64,000 nucleotides of DNA from contig JADFDH010000006.1 in the NCBI GenBank assembly GCA_018263005.1, positions 6,384 to 70,383 on the forward strand. The letters are read 5' to 3'. The stretch's first letter is position 1, and each line of letters starts with the position of its first letter. Under the pieces are notes generated by a model that was not told the origin of the DNA, did no database searches, and saw only the letters and a program-made list of their open reading frames with translations. The DNA comes from Methanobacterium sp. Lineage in GTDB: Archaea; Methanobacteriota; Methanobacteria; Methanobacteriales; Methanobacteriaceae. Made by a program: the position numbers and the translations under genes. Shown here piece after piece: positions 18,403 through 29,146 of this stretch.

Positions 18403-19457
18403 AATGATGACCTCCTGGCGTATTTCTCAGTATTTATACCCCTCTGGGTGAGCCATTCCCGGGTTTTTCCCTGTATTATCAGATCACACTTGGCCAGTTC
18501 ATCCAGGTTGGAAGCTCCCACCAAGAACATGGCCACCTTTAATTCTTCCATATATTTCCTTAATTTATTCATAACTGCTTCATATCCTTTATAAGCTTCT
18601 TTAAGCAGCGGTAATGCTATTCCAACCGCATCCGCTCCTAAGGCTATGGCTTTAGCCATGTCCAATCCGTTTCTTATCCCTCCACTGGAGATGATGGGTA
18701 TTTTTACGGCCTCGGAAACCTCAACAGTACTTACTGCCGTGGGGATTCCCCAGTCCCAGTAAAGATCTCCCAGACTTCGATCCGGCGAACGGTAGGTCTC
18801 CACAGCAGCCCAGCTGGTCCCGCCTGAACCAGCTACATCAATAGCTGCAACCCCCAATTTTTCTAAAACAAGGGCATCTTCTCTTTTAATCCCGGCACCT
18901 GTTTCCTTAACGATGACGGGTGTTTCCAGCAATTTTATGGTTTCCCTAATAAGTTTAATATAATTTTTAGCATCCACATCCCCTTCAGGTTGTATTGCTT
19001 CCTGTAATGGGTTAAGATGAACTGCCAGAGCATCTAAATCCATCATATCTGCTGCTTTATCCGCGTATTCTATTTGGGGCGCTCCTATATTTCCCATTAT
19101 AAATGTGGTTGGTGCTTCATCTCTTATCACGGTGTATGTTGTTTCAAGTTCCGGATATTCAACCGCTGCCCTTTGACTTCCCATTCCCATTCCTATTTGA
19201 AGCTGTTCAGCGGCTTTAGCCAGTTCCCGGTTAATCTCCTGGGATGCTGGATGGCCTCCGGTTATGCCGGTGATGATGATGGGTGCTTCTAATTTCTTAT
19301 TTAAAAATTCAGTTTTTAAACTGATCTCTTCCTTATCTATTTGAGGAAGAGCTTTATGAATTAATTCTATATCATTAAAACCTGTTTTCTTCATTCTATA
19401 CTCCACATCGCTGTTGGTGCATATCTTCAGGTGTTCTAATTTTCTTTGGTGAATCAT
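18399..19457 (-). CDS. fni: isopentenyl-diphosphate delta-isomerase type 2 (FMN-dependent)
   Basis: N-terminus RKLEHLKIC and TIM-barrel FMN motifs ([21 protein letters not shown]). It overlaps its neighbours by 4 nt on both sides. Confidence 0.9.
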   Translation of the reverse strand: MIHQRKLEHLKICTNSDVEYRMKKTGFNDIELIHKALPQIDKEEISLKTEFLNKKLEAPIIITGITGGHPASQEINRELAKAAEQLQIGMGMGSQRAAVEYPELETTYTVIRDEAPTTFIMGNIGAPQIEYADKAADMMDLDALAVHLNPLQEAIQPEGDVDAKNYIKLIRETIKLLETPVIVKETGAGIKREDALVLEKLGVAAIDVAGSGGTSWAAVETYRSPDRSLGDLYWDWGIPTAVSTVEVSEAVKIPIISSGGIRNGLDMAKAIALGADAVGIALPLLKEAYKGYEAVMNKLRKYMEELKVAMFLVGASNLDELAKCDLIIQGKTREWLTQRGINTEKYARRSSL

Positions 19458-20266
19458 TTTCTTAATTCCTTCTTAATTCCTTTTATTCTTGTTCCCTTTA
19501 CTTTATCGCCATTTAAGACGTTTTTAATAATATCTATTCGATTAGCATTAATAATTTCAGATTCTATTCCTTCATCTGCCAGTTGTAATAATTCAAATAC
19601 TTTTCCACCCATTCCCCCAGTCACATCCACTGTTTCTGCTTCTCCTATCTGCAGTGGATCCTTCGATGAAACCACTTCCAATAAGTGGGCGTCCTTATGT
19701 TTTTTAGGATCCTTATCGTATATTCCGTCCACATCGGTGGCCAGGATAACTCTCTCCGGTTTTAAATTCAAAGCTAAATATTGTATTAACTGATCACCCG
19801 ATAGAACGGCCATTTTTATTGAATCGTCCGAGTCCAGTACTACATCTCCATATAGTACTGGTGTGAAGTTCAAATCAAGATAATTCTTTATTATACTCAG
19901 ATCAGCGCCTTTGATCCTTTTATTTTCTGTTTTTATGAATGATGACGGTTGCAGGGACACTGCGTTTACACCATTTTTTCTTAAGTATTCAGTGACCTTC
20001 AGGTTCAACTGCCGGACATGTTCCTGGGTTATAGAGAATCCCTGCATCTTATGTTGTAAGTCTTTAAGATCGCTTATTTTATCCCCAATTCCATATTTCC
20101 GGGCAAAGGGATGGCCAAATGAGCCGGCACCATGGACTATGATGAGCTGTTGGTAACTTGACAGTGATATCTCCCGGGCTATCCTAGCTAAATTTTCCGG
20201 GTTTATAGTGGGTTTTTCTGCTTCTTTCCTGGTTATAACGCTTCCGCCTAGTTTTAAAATTATCAA
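19454..20266 (-). CDS. ipk: isopentenyl phosphate kinase
   Basis: Amino-acid-kinase fold N-terminus [11 protein letters not shown] and VHGAGSFGH. It sits in the archaeal mevalonate cluster. Confidence 0.85.
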   Translation of the reverse strand: MIILKLGGSVITRKEAEKPTINPENLARIAREISLSSYQQLIIVHGAGSFGHPFARKYGIGDKISDLKDLQHKMQGFSITQEHVRQLNLKVTEYLRKNGVNAVSLQPSSFIKTENKRIKGADLSIIKNYLDLNFTPVLYGDVVLDSDDSIKMAVLSGDQLIQYLALNLKPERVILATDVDGIYDKDPKKHKDAHLLEVVSSKDPLQIGEAETVDVTGGMGGKVFELLQLADEGIESEIINANRIDIIKNVLNGDKVKGTRIKGIKKELRK

Positions 20267-20401
20267 ACTTAAATCCTGCCTATTTTTTTAGATTTATAGA
20301 GCTTTTATGCTTTAAATACTTATTAGTTAAGTCATGACGCCTATTTTGGTTAAATTTACCATTTGATTTTTTATAAATTTATGAACAATCATCGAATTTT
20401 T

Positions 20402-20557
20402 TACCCTAAACTAGGCAGATTACCGATCATTTAAAATTCCACTTACCCAGACATAATATCAAATTGCCATTTTTACCCTTACCAGGTAATATAAATTATA
20501 AGATCAAATCCACCAGGCAAATATCAGATCACATCTACCTGATAATTATCTAAATTA
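20402..20557. repeat. degenerate direct repeats of about 30-37 bp in the mvk-ipk spacer
   Basis: Units contain TACC(C/A)(A/G)G...ATAT. They include a copy (ATCAGATCACATCTACCTG, about 20522-20540) of the last 19 nt of mvk (ATCAGATCTCATCTACTTG, about 20557-20575). Confidence 0.5.
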
Positions 20558-21541
20558 TCAGATCTCATCTACTTGGCAGCCGTCCCCTGATATTTTAATA
20601 GGAAATGCTTTTTCTTCCTTTTTTAGTTGTTTTAGAACTTCATCCTTTTTTCCAGGACAGTAAGCTATGATGCTGCCCCCGCCACCCGCACCGGTGATTT
20701 TGGAACCCTTAGCCCCGCTTTCCCTGGCCAGGTAGACCATCTTTGAAAGCACAGGGGTGTTAACGCCCAGAGCATCTAATAGACCATGGTTGAAGTTCAT
20801 CAGTTCTCCCAGTTCATTCTCATCTTTTCGAGTTAAAGCTTCCCTTGCTTCTAGTGTAATCTGCTCCATAGACTCGAAAATGGGATTGATTAGGGAAGGA
20901 TATTTTTCTTTTTTACTTCTGACTGTTTTTATTAACTCACCAGTGTTGCTCTCTCTTCTGGTGTGTCCTATTACTAATGGAATATCCCAGTCCAGGTTCA
21001 ATTTGATGATCTCTCCAGTCTCTGGTGAAAGATAAATAGCACCGCCAAATGTACTTAGGGTGGTGTCAATAGGGCTTGCTTCTCCCTGAACTTCTAATTC
21101 TACCTGATGAGCTAGTCTTGCTATTTTATCCCTGTTAAATTCCTGTTTAAAGTATTTAAAAGCAGCTGCTAGTGTGGCTACTGTTACAGCCGCTGATGAT
21201 CCTAAACCTGCTCCTATGGGTATTTCCAGTTCTAATACGATTTCTAATCCCTTTTCGAATTTTAATCCTGTTTCATTTTGGATTATAATTAATGATCTTA
21301 GAATGTAACTTAATATACCGGTTTTATGGTTATTTTCACATTTTATGGTCTCATCTTCCAGTTCCAGATATCCGGAAACTCCCAGTTGAGGTGTTTGAAC
21401 ATGTATCCTGTTGTCAGATCTTTCCCCCATTTTTATATGAACATATCTGTTTACAGCAACTGCTATGGCAGGTTTTCCGTAAACAACTGCGTGTTCTCCA
21501 AAAAGAATGACTTTACCAGGTGCAGATGCTGTGATTTTCAT
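20558..21541 (-). CDS. mvk: mevalonate kinase
   Basis: GHMP kinase motifs KVILFGEHAVVYG and PIGAGLGSSAA. Confidence 0.9.
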   Translation of the reverse strand: MKITASAPGKVILFGEHAVVYGKPAIAVAVNRYVHIKMGERSDNRIHVQTPQLGVSGYLELEDETIKCENNHKTGILSYILRSLIIIQNETGLKFEKGLEIVLELEIPIGAGLGSSAAVTVATLAAAFKYFKQEFNRDKIARLAHQVELEVQGEASPIDTTLSTFGGAIYLSPETGEIIKLNLDWDIPLVIGHTRRESNTGELIKTVRSKKEKYPSLINPIFESMEQITLEAREALTRKDENELGELMNFNHGLLDALGVNTPVLSKMVYLARESGAKGSKITGAGGGGSIIAYCPGKKDEVLKQLKKEEKAFPIKISGDGCQVDEI

Positions 21542-21592
21542 ATAAGTGTTTACACCCCAAATTTTTTTAAAATAAGATCAGTGCAATTTTAG

Positions 21593-22447
21593 CTAGATTA
21601 AACCAGCCGATGCATAACCCACAACAGCAGAGTAGTCCCCGGTGATATCACCACTGGTAGCATATTTATAAATTTCAGCTTTCTTTACTCCTTTCATTTT
21701 AGAGTAAACTATTGTAGCGGCAACTGCTCCGTATCCGCACATGGAAACGTTTAATTCACCAACGGTATTCAAGAATCTGATCTCGTCTAAACTCCTTATG
21801 GAATCTAAAACCTGACCATCATTGTTGCTGGCTATTTGCTGGGGTTGGTAATGGGTGAAGTCTGTGCTGGCCACCAAAACCACGTCTCTGTCCAGTTCAT
21901 CCCTGGTTTTAGCCAATGCACGGCCTATTTCAGAGGCAGTCTCCAGGTCCTGCATCCACATGCATATGGGTACAATTTCAAATCTTTTACCACCCATACC
22001 TGCTATGTACTGCAGGAAGGGGAGCTGTACCTCACAGCTATGTTCCTGATGATGTGCTAATGGTTCTGAATCAAGGATTGCTGCATTTTTTAGTAGTTGT
22101 TCCGTAAATTCTTCATCGATTGATGAAAGTCCTAAGGGAGTTTCCCACTGGCCCTCGCTTACCGTTGAAACACCGGAGCCCATTCCCGTGTGATTGGGAC
22201 ATAGTATGATAAATGTATCCGGCAAACCATCCTCTGCTAAATTTAAATATGCATGGGCGGCGATGGGCCCTGAATACATGTAACCAGCATGTGGTACTAT
22301 AATTCCTTTTAGTTCCCTTTCTGTTCCCAGATGGTCTGGTATTTGTCCAGGACCAAGCTCGTGTTTGAAGCACCATTCGATCCTTCTTTTTAAAGAATCT
22401 TCATCTGCCTCATAGAAAGAGCCGGCCACTGCAGGTTTTCGGATCAT
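21593..22447 (-). CDS. MEMO1-family protein (AmmeMemoRadiSam system protein B-like)
   Basis: N-terminus RKPAVAGSFYE. Motifs IVPHAGYMYSG and HSCEVQLPFLQ are characteristic of the Memo family. Confidence 0.8.
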   Translation of the reverse strand: MIRKPAVAGSFYEADEDSLKRRIEWCFKHELGPGQIPDHLGTERELKGIIVPHAGYMYSGPIAAHAYLNLAEDGLPDTFIILCPNHTGMGSGVSTVSEGQWETPLGLSSIDEEFTEQLLKNAAILDSEPLAHHQEHSCEVQLPFLQYIAGMGGKRFEIVPICMWMQDLETASEIGRALAKTRDELDRDVVLVASTDFTHYQPQQIASNNDGQVLDSIRSLDEIRFLNTVGELNVSMCGYGAVAATIVYSKMKGVKKAEIYKYATSGDITGDYSAVVGYASAGLI

Positions 22448-22500
22448 AAAAAAACACTGCCTTTTTATTTTTTTTTATATATTTATCCACAATTTTTCCC

Positions 22501-22665
22501 ATTTTTTTTTGGTCACTTCAACAGATTGAATATTTTTTGGTTCTGATCGAGCCCTGTTATTTTTGGTCCTGATCAGGCCCTAATATTTTGCTGTTAAATT
22601 GTGAACCTAATATTTTGCTGTTGAACTGTGAACCATATTATTTGGCTTTTGATGGTGAAATTTTA
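22501..22665. repeat. degenerate tandem array with a period of about 27 bp (5-6 units) in the rps2-memo spacer
   Basis: Units start with TATTTT(T)G. Best pairs: TATTTTTTGGTTCTGATCGAGCCCTGT / TATTTTTGGTCCTGATCAGGCCCTAA and TATTTTGCTGTTAAATTGTGAACCTAA / TATTTTGCTGTTGAACTGTGAACCATA. Confidence 0.6.
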
Positions 22666-22681
22666 TTTTAAATTTGGACCA

Positions 22682-23278
22682 TTATATTTTCAGTTCGAAA
22701 TCGGTTGGTTCCGCGTCCAGATCCTGATCTTCTGCTATGGTTCCTTTTTCCCGTAGGATCTGTCGAGCCAGGAGCCAGTAAACTAGTGCTATAGCTTTTC
22801 TTCCCTTATTATTTACTGGTACAACAATATCCACATTTCCCAGCAGGTTTTCTGTGTCGCATAATGCCACTACAGGAAGTCCCATTTGTTTTGCTTCTAT
22901 TATGGCCTGGGAATCTGATCGGGGATCGGTGACCACTACTACTTTGGGTTCGATGAATTTGTTATATTCAGGATTGGTCAGGGTTCCGGGTATGAATCTT
23001 CCGGGTATTGTTTTGGCTCCTGTGATTTCTCCAAATCTCTTTACAGGTGCCTGTCCGTATTGTCTGGTGGAAACTACCAGTACATCATCTGGGTCGAATT
23101 TGGCTAGGAATTTGGCTGCGGACATTATTCTGTCGTTGGTTTTTCTCACGTCCAATACGTACAGCCCATCGGCCCTTACCCGGTAAATGTATCTTTCCAT
23201 ATCCTTGGTTTTCTGTTGAGTGCCGATGTGTAAACCGGCTGCTAAATATCTGTCCAGTGGTATTAAGAGTTCTGACAA
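22682..23278 (-). CDS. rps2: 30S ribosomal protein S2 (uS2)
   Basis: [13 protein letters not shown]...YVLDVRKT pattern, at the conserved end of the alpha-operon-like cluster. Confidence 0.93.
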   Translation of the reverse strand: MSELLIPLDRYLAAGLHIGTQQKTKDMERYIYRVRADGLYVLDVRKTNDRIMSAAKFLAKFDPDDVLVVSTRQYGQAPVKRFGEITGAKTIPGRFIPGTLTNPEYNKFIEPKVVVVTDPRSDSQAIIEAKQMGLPVVALCDTENLLGNVDIVVPVNNKGRKAIALVYWLLARQILREKGTIAEDQDLDAEPTDFELKI

Positions 23279-23509
23279 CTTATCACCTCATCATATTAAT
23301 ATTTTTTTTGTTAACTTCTATAATTTCCTTCTTATTAGCCTTGATTATATTATTCCAGTTAATTTGGATGTTTAATGACCTTATTGGTAATAAATAGAGG
23401 TTAATTTATTATATTTTAATAATTAATTAGAAAATATGGGTTTTTCCATATATTCAATTTTTTATAAAATTTGATTTTTACTTTCTTTAGGGAAGAATAT
23501 TTAATTATT

Positions 23510-23701
23510 TTAGTCTTCCTCTACTGTTATTGCCTCGTTGGGGCATATGTCTATGCAAACTTCGCATAAGCTGCATTCTTCACAGTTATGGGTCACCATT
23601 TTCTCGCCGTCTAGGATGAATATTTCCATAGGGCATACATCTGCGCATTCTGCACAGTCTGCACCTTCACATTTATCGTAGTCAATTATTATTTTAGCCA
23701 T
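23510..23701 (-). CDS. 2x[4Fe-4S] ferredoxin (63 aa)
   Basis: Two cluster motifs: CEGADCAECADVCP and CEECSLCEVCIDICP. Confidence 0.8.
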   Translation of the reverse strand: MAKIIIDYDKCEGADCAECADVCPMEIFILDGEKMVTHNCEECSLCEVCIDICPNEAITVEED

Positions 23702-23808
23702 TTCAATCTTCCTTAATTTTTGATTTTTTTTTTATACGTTGCAAAATATCCTATTTTCTTTAATGAATAATTTTTTTTATGATTAAAAAATATAAAGTGT
23801 GTTTTAAT

Positions 23809-25065
23809 TTATCTGTATTTTTCTATAATGCCCATATGAGGTTCGGTGAGTTCTTCTTCTATTCTAATCAGTTCGTTGAGTTTAGCTATTCGTTCACCGC
23901 CTACTGCTCCTGTTTTGATTATGGGACAGGAGAATGCTACAGCCAGATGTGCTATGGTTTCATCGGTGGTTTCACCAGACCGGTGAGATACCACTGGCAC
24001 GTATTTGTTATTCCTGGCCAGTTCCACTGTTTTATAAGTGTCTGTGAGGGTTCCTATCTGGTTGGGTTTTATGATTATAGAGTTACCTGCCTTTTTACTT
24101 ATCCCTTCACTTAGGATCTCTGCATTGGTAACGAAGACATCATCTCCACAGATCAGGCACTTGTCACCGGCTTTCTTGGTGAGCTCGGCAAATCCGTCAA
24201 AATCTCCTTCTCTTATGGGATCCTCAACAAAATAAAATCCGTAGGTGTCTATAATTTCCTCTACAAAGTCTATTTGTTCTCCGGTGCTCCTATTTACCCC
24301 TTCTCTCTGGTACACGTATGTTTCCTTCTCGGGATCCCACATTTCACTAGCAGCCATATCCAGGGCTGGTTTTACCTCTACACCGATCTCCTCTGTGACC
24401 GTCTGGCAGGATTTGACCTGTATCTCCAGTGCCTCTTCACTGGTAAGATTAGGAGCCCATCCTCCTTCATCACCTTTACCACCGGTGAATGATTTGTCTT
24501 TTTCTTGGATCAATTCTCTGATCTTTTTATGTACACTTACATTTGCAAATACAGCTTCGGTTATGTTGGTTGCTCCCACGGGTATGACTAAAAATTCCTG
24601 TATATCTGGTGCATTTTTACCGGCGTGAGCTCCTCCGTTTATCATATTACCCAGGGGATAAGGTATTTCATGGGGCATGTTACCCCCTAAAAAGCGGTAT
24701 AATGGCATGTTATATGATGATGCTGCTGCTTTGGCCGTTGCCATGGAAACTGCGACGGTTGTGTTTCCTCCGATGGATGATAAGTTTTCTGTTCCGTCAA
24801 TCTCTTTCAGGACCAGATCTATTTCGTTTAAATCTTCAGCGTCCATTCCAATGAGTTCAGAGGATATGATATCTTCCACTTCTCTGATTATCTTATCCAC
24901 TCCCCCTACGGGAAAGGCCACTACTTCACGAGCTCCGGTGCTGGCTCCGCTGGGAGCTGCTGCCCTTCCGAAACCATTCCAGGTTATTACATCCACCTCT
25001 AAGGTGGGGTTTCCTCTACTGTCTAATATTTTTCTTACACGTATGTCTTCTATAATACTATCCAC
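23809..25065 (-). CDS. eno: enolase
   Basis: [14 protein letters not shown] near the N-terminus and SHRSGETTD near the C-terminus. The start is placed at GTG 25065, 6 nt after GAGGTG. The ORF-track start at 25074 lies inside that SD. Confidence 0.9.
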   Translation of the reverse strand: MDSIIEDIRVRKILDSRGNPTLEVDVITWNGFGRAAAPSGASTGAREVVAFPVGGVDKIIREVEDIISSELIGMDAEDLNEIDLVLKEIDGTENLSSIGGNTTVAVSMATAKAAASSYNMPLYRFLGGNMPHEIPYPLGNMINGGAHAGKNAPDIQEFLVIPVGATNITEAVFANVSVHKKIRELIQEKDKSFTGGKGDEGGWAPNLTSEEALEIQVKSCQTVTEEIGVEVKPALDMAASEMWDPEKETYVYQREGVNRSTGEQIDFVEEIIDTYGFYFVEDPIREGDFDGFAELTKKAGDKCLICGDDVFVTNAEILSEGISKKAGNSIIIKPNQIGTLTDTYKTVELARNNKYVPVVSHRSGETTDETIAHLAVAFSCPIIKTGAVGGERIAKLNELIRIEEELTEPHMGIIEKYR

Positions 25066-25146
25066 AATTAACACCTCTTATAAAAAAAACAGTGGTTGTT
25101 CAGGTCTTATTTTTGGATTTTATCTTATCTTATAAACCTTTTTATA

Positions 25147-25374
25147 TTATTCTTCGCCTATTCTCTTCACTTTTAGCGGTATTAGATTTTCTTTAAGCTC
25201 TAATGTAGCTATGTCTATGGGATCAATGGAACCGGTAACTTCAACCTTTGGTTTGGCGCCCATGGAAAGTTGGAGAGCTCGGGCTCCGATCAGTCTAGCT
25301 CTTTCAAACCGGGTTAATACTTTGGGTTTTACTTCCTTTTTTGTGGTTTTTTTCTTTCTGGGCATATTATGCAT
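25147..25374 (-). CDS. rpoK: DNA-directed RNA polymerase subunit K (Rpo6)
   Basis: [21 protein letters not shown] motif. Confidence 0.9.
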   Translation of the reverse strand: MHNMPRKKKTTKKEVKPKVLTRFERARLIGARALQLSMGAKPKVEVTGSIDPIDIATLELKENLIPLKVKRIGEE

Positions 25375-25506
25375 CTCCTGGTAATTCTATTTTTTAATTC
25401 GGATCCTATGCCTTATTAAATAAATAAATGATTTTTAACCCTTAATTATGGAGTTTTTTTCCTTAATATTGATCAGCCTTTTTAATAGGTTGTTTTTTTA
25501 ATATAA

Positions 25507-25677
<171 letters not shown>

Positions 25678-25681
25678 CTTT

Positions 25682-25849
25682 TTACCATACTTCAACATGA
25701 GCTATGAACATTCTTCTGCAGCAATACTTGTCTATTCCAAGATCGTCGAGGACATCCTTAGGATCTTCTCCTTCCTGAGTTCTCTTTTGATATTCTTCAA
25801 AATAGGCTGATACTACTTTTCCACAGCTTAAACATCTGACTGGTATCAT
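25682..25849 (-). CDS. rpoN: DNA-directed RNA polymerase subunit N (Rpo10), 55 aa (below the ORF-track cutoff)
   Basis: Hand translation gives MIPVRCLSCGKVVSAYFEEYQKRTQEGEDPKDVLDDLGIDKYCCRRMFIAHVEVW. This carries the zinc-binding CxxC...CC pattern of RpoN. Confidence 0.9.
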   Translation of the reverse strand: MIPVRCLSCGKVVSAYFEEYQKRTQEGEDPKDVLDDLGIDKYCCRRMFIAHVEVW

Positions 25850-25963
25850 AAAACCATCATTTTAGTCCTTTTTTAAAATAATTTTTTTTCTTCGGATCTA
25901 TTCTAGGGGAATAAACATTCCATTCCAATGGAAATAAAGTACTCTTGTAATATATTTCCCTTA

Positions 25964-26046
25964 TTGGCAGGAAATAAAATCCACCATATAGGAATATCCC
26001 CCTTCTGGCAGGGAATGAAATTCTCCACCAGGGATTTTAATAGATC
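25964..26046. repeat. direct repeat of about 41 bp (2 units) in the rps9-rpoN spacer
   Basis: TTGGCAGGAAATAAAATCCACCA at 25964-25986 and CTGGCAGGGAATGAAATTCTCCACCA at 26005-30. Each is followed by (T)A(T)AGG(A/G)AT. Confidence 0.55.
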
Positions 26047-26057
26047 AACATATTTGT

Positions 26058-26462
26058 TTATCGGTAACTTTTCTGTCTGCGGGCTCTGGCCCCTCTTCCA
26101 CCGTACTTTTTAGGCTCGCTTCGTCGGGGATCTCCCACCAGCATGGTCCTATCGTACTGAGAGTATTTCTCTTTAAGATCCATGTCACTGGTCCATTGAA
26201 CCAGTCCTTTTGCTATTACCATTCGAGCAGCCTCTGCCTGTCCCATTACACCGCCACCTACTACTTTGACATCTATATCAACATCATCAGCTAGTTTACC
26301 GGCCAGTGTTAGTGGTTCGTTTATTTTTAGCCGGGCCAGTTCTGGCTGGTAGAGTTCTGCAGGATATTTGTTAACCCTCACTCTTCCTTTGCCTTCACGG
26401 AATTTTCCCCGGGCAATTGCTGTTTTTCTTTTTCCACTGGTATGAATAACTTTCTTCATCAT
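26058..26462 (-). CDS. rps9: 30S ribosomal protein S9 (uS9)
   Basis: [11 protein letters not shown]... and a C-terminal ...RRQKSYR. Confidence 0.93.
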   Translation of the reverse strand: MMKKVIHTSGKRKTAIARGKFREGKGRVRVNKYPAELYQPELARLKINEPLTLAGKLADDVDIDVKVVGGGVMGQAEAARMVIAKGLVQWTSDMDLKEKYSQYDRTMLVGDPRRSEPKKYGGRGARARRQKSYR

Positions 26463-26518
26463 TACACTAATCCTTAAATTTTTTATAATATCAGATTAAT
26501 TTTCTATTTTATGAACCC

Positions 26519-26941
26519 TTAAAATTTAGAGCCCAGTAAATGGGACACTCTTCCCAGTTCAACACTTTTTACCAGATTCTTAGGCTGTGCTTCTAATGGT
26601 TTTAAGGCTTCTTGATTTTCCAATTCTTTAGGAACTCCTACATAAACCTTTAATGATTTAAAGGCTTCTCTTCCTTTTGATCTTTTATAGGGTAACATGC
26701 CCCTTACGGTTCTGCGGAAAATATCATCGGGTCTCCGGGGATATTTAGGCCCCATCCTTCGGGGGTTGGAAATACTAGCCCTATCTATTCTCTGTTTATA
26801 TTTTTTATAGGCCCAGTCTTTAGTTCCAGATATCACTATCTTATCTGCATTTAAAACTGTTATATCCTCGCCCTGTAAGAGTTTCTTGCTGACCTTGCTG
26901 GCCAGTCTTCCCAGAACAAGTCCTTCTCCATCTATGATCAT
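26519..26941 (-). CDS. rpl13: 50S ribosomal protein L13 (uL13)
   Basis: [15 protein letters not shown]-terminus and operon position. Confidence 0.93.
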   Translation of the reverse strand: MIIDGEGLVLGRLASKVSKKLLQGEDITVLNADKIVISGTKDWAYKKYKQRIDRASISNPRRMGPKYPRRPDDIFRRTVRGMLPYKRSKGREAFKSLKVYVGVPKELENQEALKPLEAQPKNLVKSVELGRVSHLLGSKF

Positions 26942-26986
26942 TTTAATACCATTCCTATATGATTTTTTTTTTGAATAAATTTTTTT

Positions 26987-27346
26987 TTATTCTATTATTT
27001 TCACGCCGCTACCCTTGGGATTTTGCTCCATAAGCTGACTTAGCTCTAAGCATTCTCCTCCGGCATTTTCGATTTTTTCAGTTGCTTTCTGGGAAAAATT
27101 TACAGCAGCTATCTGTACTTTGTGTTCCAGTACACCCATACCCAGTACTTTTCCAGGCACCAGTACCAGATCATCGGCTTTGGTGTGCCTGTTGATCTGT
27201 GATATATTTACCTCGGCCTGTTTTCTGGTTGATTTTTCCAGTTTCCGGGCTAAATCCTTCCAGATTGCTGCCTTCTCCTGGTATGATTTTTCTTTAAGAC
27301 TCATTATGAGCTCTGTGATCTTGGGATTTGTTTTTTGAGTTTTCAT
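26987..27346 (-). CDS. rpl18e: 50S ribosomal protein L18e
   Basis: TNPKITELI...[20 protein letters not shown] pattern and operon position. Confidence 0.9.
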   Translation of the reverse strand: MKTQKTNPKITELIMSLKEKSYQEKAAIWKDLARKLEKSTRKQAEVNISQINRHTKADDLVLVPGKVLGMGVLEHKVQIAAVNFSQKATEKIENAGGECLELSQLMEQNPKGSGVKIIE

Positions 27347-28143
27347 TTAACTTTCTCCTCACTAAATGTTATGATTTTATCAGATTTATCGCTTAATATG
27401 TCGCAGGCAGCTTTGATAACTTCTTCCGGTGTAAGTGAGCCATCTGTTTCGATTTTAAATATGAATTTATCATCCTGTCCTTCTACGGTTATGGCTTCAA
27501 CTTCACAGTCTTTCTGGCATGTTCTGCACATGTTACACTCTTCAGGGTCAGCTATTAGTATCTTGTTATTCTTTTCATCGAATTCCAGAACTCCCCGGGG
27601 ACATTCTTCAGCGCATTTGGCGCATGCTTCACATTTTTCTTCATCGACCATGATCAGGGGATAGTGTTTATATGCTGCTGATGTGGTGGGCTGCCATTTG
27701 GCATGTTCTAGGCCAATACCCAGCTGGGCTATTGCCTCCAGTTCCACCTCTTCATCATCTCTAAGTTTCATTAGGGGAATAGTATCATGAACAGGTACTA
27801 TTTTAGGATCTTGTGAAGTTAGATCTCCTGAATACACTACTTTAGGTCCTTTCTCTTTTAATAGGAGTGATACACTACAACGAGGGCAGTGATCGGTGCA
27901 GTCACATTCTTCATGGAGTATTATGGATTCCAGATCTGTTTTTATGGGAACCAATCCTAATCTATGAGCTAATACTTCGTCGAATATTCTTGAATCGTTT
28001 TTGTAGATCTCCACTTCTTCTACGGCCATGGTGGGTACTTCCACCATGCAGATCCTGCGCAGTGCATTCATGAAAGGTACATCTGCACCTTCTATTACCA
28101 GGACTATTCTTTCTTCGTCTCTGGATTTTACGTCTATATCCAT
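27343..28143 (-). CDS. rpoD: DNA-directed RNA polymerase subunit D (Rpo3) with ferredoxin-like Cys clusters
   Basis: [15 protein letters not shown] motif and an internal [12 protein letters not shown] / [11 protein letters not shown] domain. The start is set at MDIDVK (ATG 28143), immediately after the rps11 stop and behind a GGGGGAGAAGGG SD. Confidence 0.9.
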   Translation of the reverse strand: MDIDVKSRDEERIVLVIEGADVPFMNALRRICMVEVPTMAVEEVEIYKNDSRIFDEVLAHRLGLVPIKTDLESIILHEECDCTDHCPRCSVSLLLKEKGPKVVYSGDLTSQDPKIVPVHDTIPLMKLRDDEEVELEAIAQLGIGLEHAKWQPTTSAAYKHYPLIMVDEEKCEACAKCAEECPRGVLEFDEKNNKILIADPEECNMCRTCQKDCEVEAITVEGQDDKFIFKIETDGSLTPEEVIKAACDILSDKSDKIITFSEEKVK

Positions 28144-28144
28144 T

Positions 28145-28546
28145 TTAGACCCTTCTCCCCCTTTTACCTCCTGGTCTTCCTGTTCCATCATGAGGTATTG
28201 GAGTGACATCTTCAATTTTACCTATTTTAATACCAGCCCTGGCTAAAGCCCTTATGGTGGCTTGTGCACCGGGTCCTGGGGTTCGTGGACCATTTCCTCC
28301 GGGTGCTCTGACCCGGATGTGTAGTCCTATCAGTCCTTTTTCTTTAACATCATCTGCTGCCCTGGTTGCTGCTTCCATAGCTGCGAAGGGTGATGATTCC
28401 TGTCGGTCTGCCCGTACGACCTTACCACCGGACCATTGGGTTATGGTTTCGGCTCCGGTTAGATCGGTGACGGTGATAATTGTGTTGTTGAAAGAGGAAT
28501 AAATATTAGCTACACCCCATTTTTCTTTATCCGCCATTTTTTTCAC
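28145..28546 (-). CDS. rps11: 30S ribosomal protein S11 (uS11)
   Basis: [18 protein letters not shown] and [15 protein letters not shown]. Confidence 0.93.
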   Translation of the reverse strand: MKKMADKEKWGVANIYSSFNNTIITVTDLTGAETITQWSGGKVVRADRQESSPFAAMEAATRAADDVKEKGLIGLHIRVRAPGGNGPRTPGPGAQATIRALARAGIKIGKIEDVTPIPHDGTGRPGGKRGRRV

Positions 28547-28597
28547 CTTATCATTTTTATTAATTTAATAATTTTTATTTTCCTAAGTTTTATCTAT

Positions 28598-29125
28598 TTA
28601 GTTTTCACCGGCTTTATCAGAAGCCTGTTGTTTTTGGTATTTTTCCATTGCAGAGCCTTGATAGAAACTTATAAGTTCTTCCTCTCCGCTTTTAACCAGA
28701 TAACTTGGTGAGTCTATTTTTTTACCATCCAGTGCTATGTGACCGTGAACTACCATGATCCTGGATTGTTTGGCTGTGTTGGCCAGTCCTTTCTGGTGTA
28801 CCATGGTCTGCAGTCTTCTGCGTAGAACATCTTCCATGGTCAGGTTCAGAACATCTTCCAGTTTAGAATCTTTACCTAGAAAGCCCTGATTTATCAGGTG
28901 ACTTAATAATTGCTCTCTTTCGGTTTTATTATCTTCACTGGACATACCCAAAAGTTCCCTGGCATCTCTCCTATATCTCTTAACCATAGTCTCGGCTTTC
29001 CAAATCTCTTTCTTGGTTTTTAGCCCGTATTTTTTTACTAATTTATTTTCTAATTTTATCCTGTCGGCATTCCATGGATGAGATGGTGTGTCATATTTTT
29101 TTCTTGATTTTCTTGGATGTCCCAT
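28598..29125 (-). CDS. rps4: 30S ribosomal protein S4 (uS4)
   Basis: [19 protein letters not shown]-terminus and an S4 RNA-binding domain. Confidence 0.93.
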   Translation of the reverse strand: MGHPRKSRKKYDTPSHPWNADRIKLENKLVKKYGLKTKKEIWKAETMVKRYRRDARELLGMSSEDNKTEREQLLSHLINQGFLGKDSKLEDVLNLTMEDVLRRRLQTMVHQKGLANTAKQSRIMVVHGHIALDGKKIDSPSYLVKSGEEELISFYQGSAMEKYQKQQASDKAGEN

Positions 29126-29146
29126 AATGATCGTCTCCTAATAAAT

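Noticed and set aside
22501-22665. The possibility that the short tandem arrays (here and at 20402-20557, 25964-26046, 41877-41950 and 48694-48827) are CRISPR arrays.
   Set aside because: The repeats are degenerate, there are only 2-6 units, and no unique spacers of regular length separate them. No cas genes or leader are present in the window.
25928-26113. The 61-aa ORF in the rps9-rpoN spacer, the 63-aa ORF at 48734-48925 and the 76-aa ORF at 13669-13899.
   Set aside because: They sit in AT-rich or repeat-containing intergenic DNA, partly overlap real genes, have no SD and show implausible composition.
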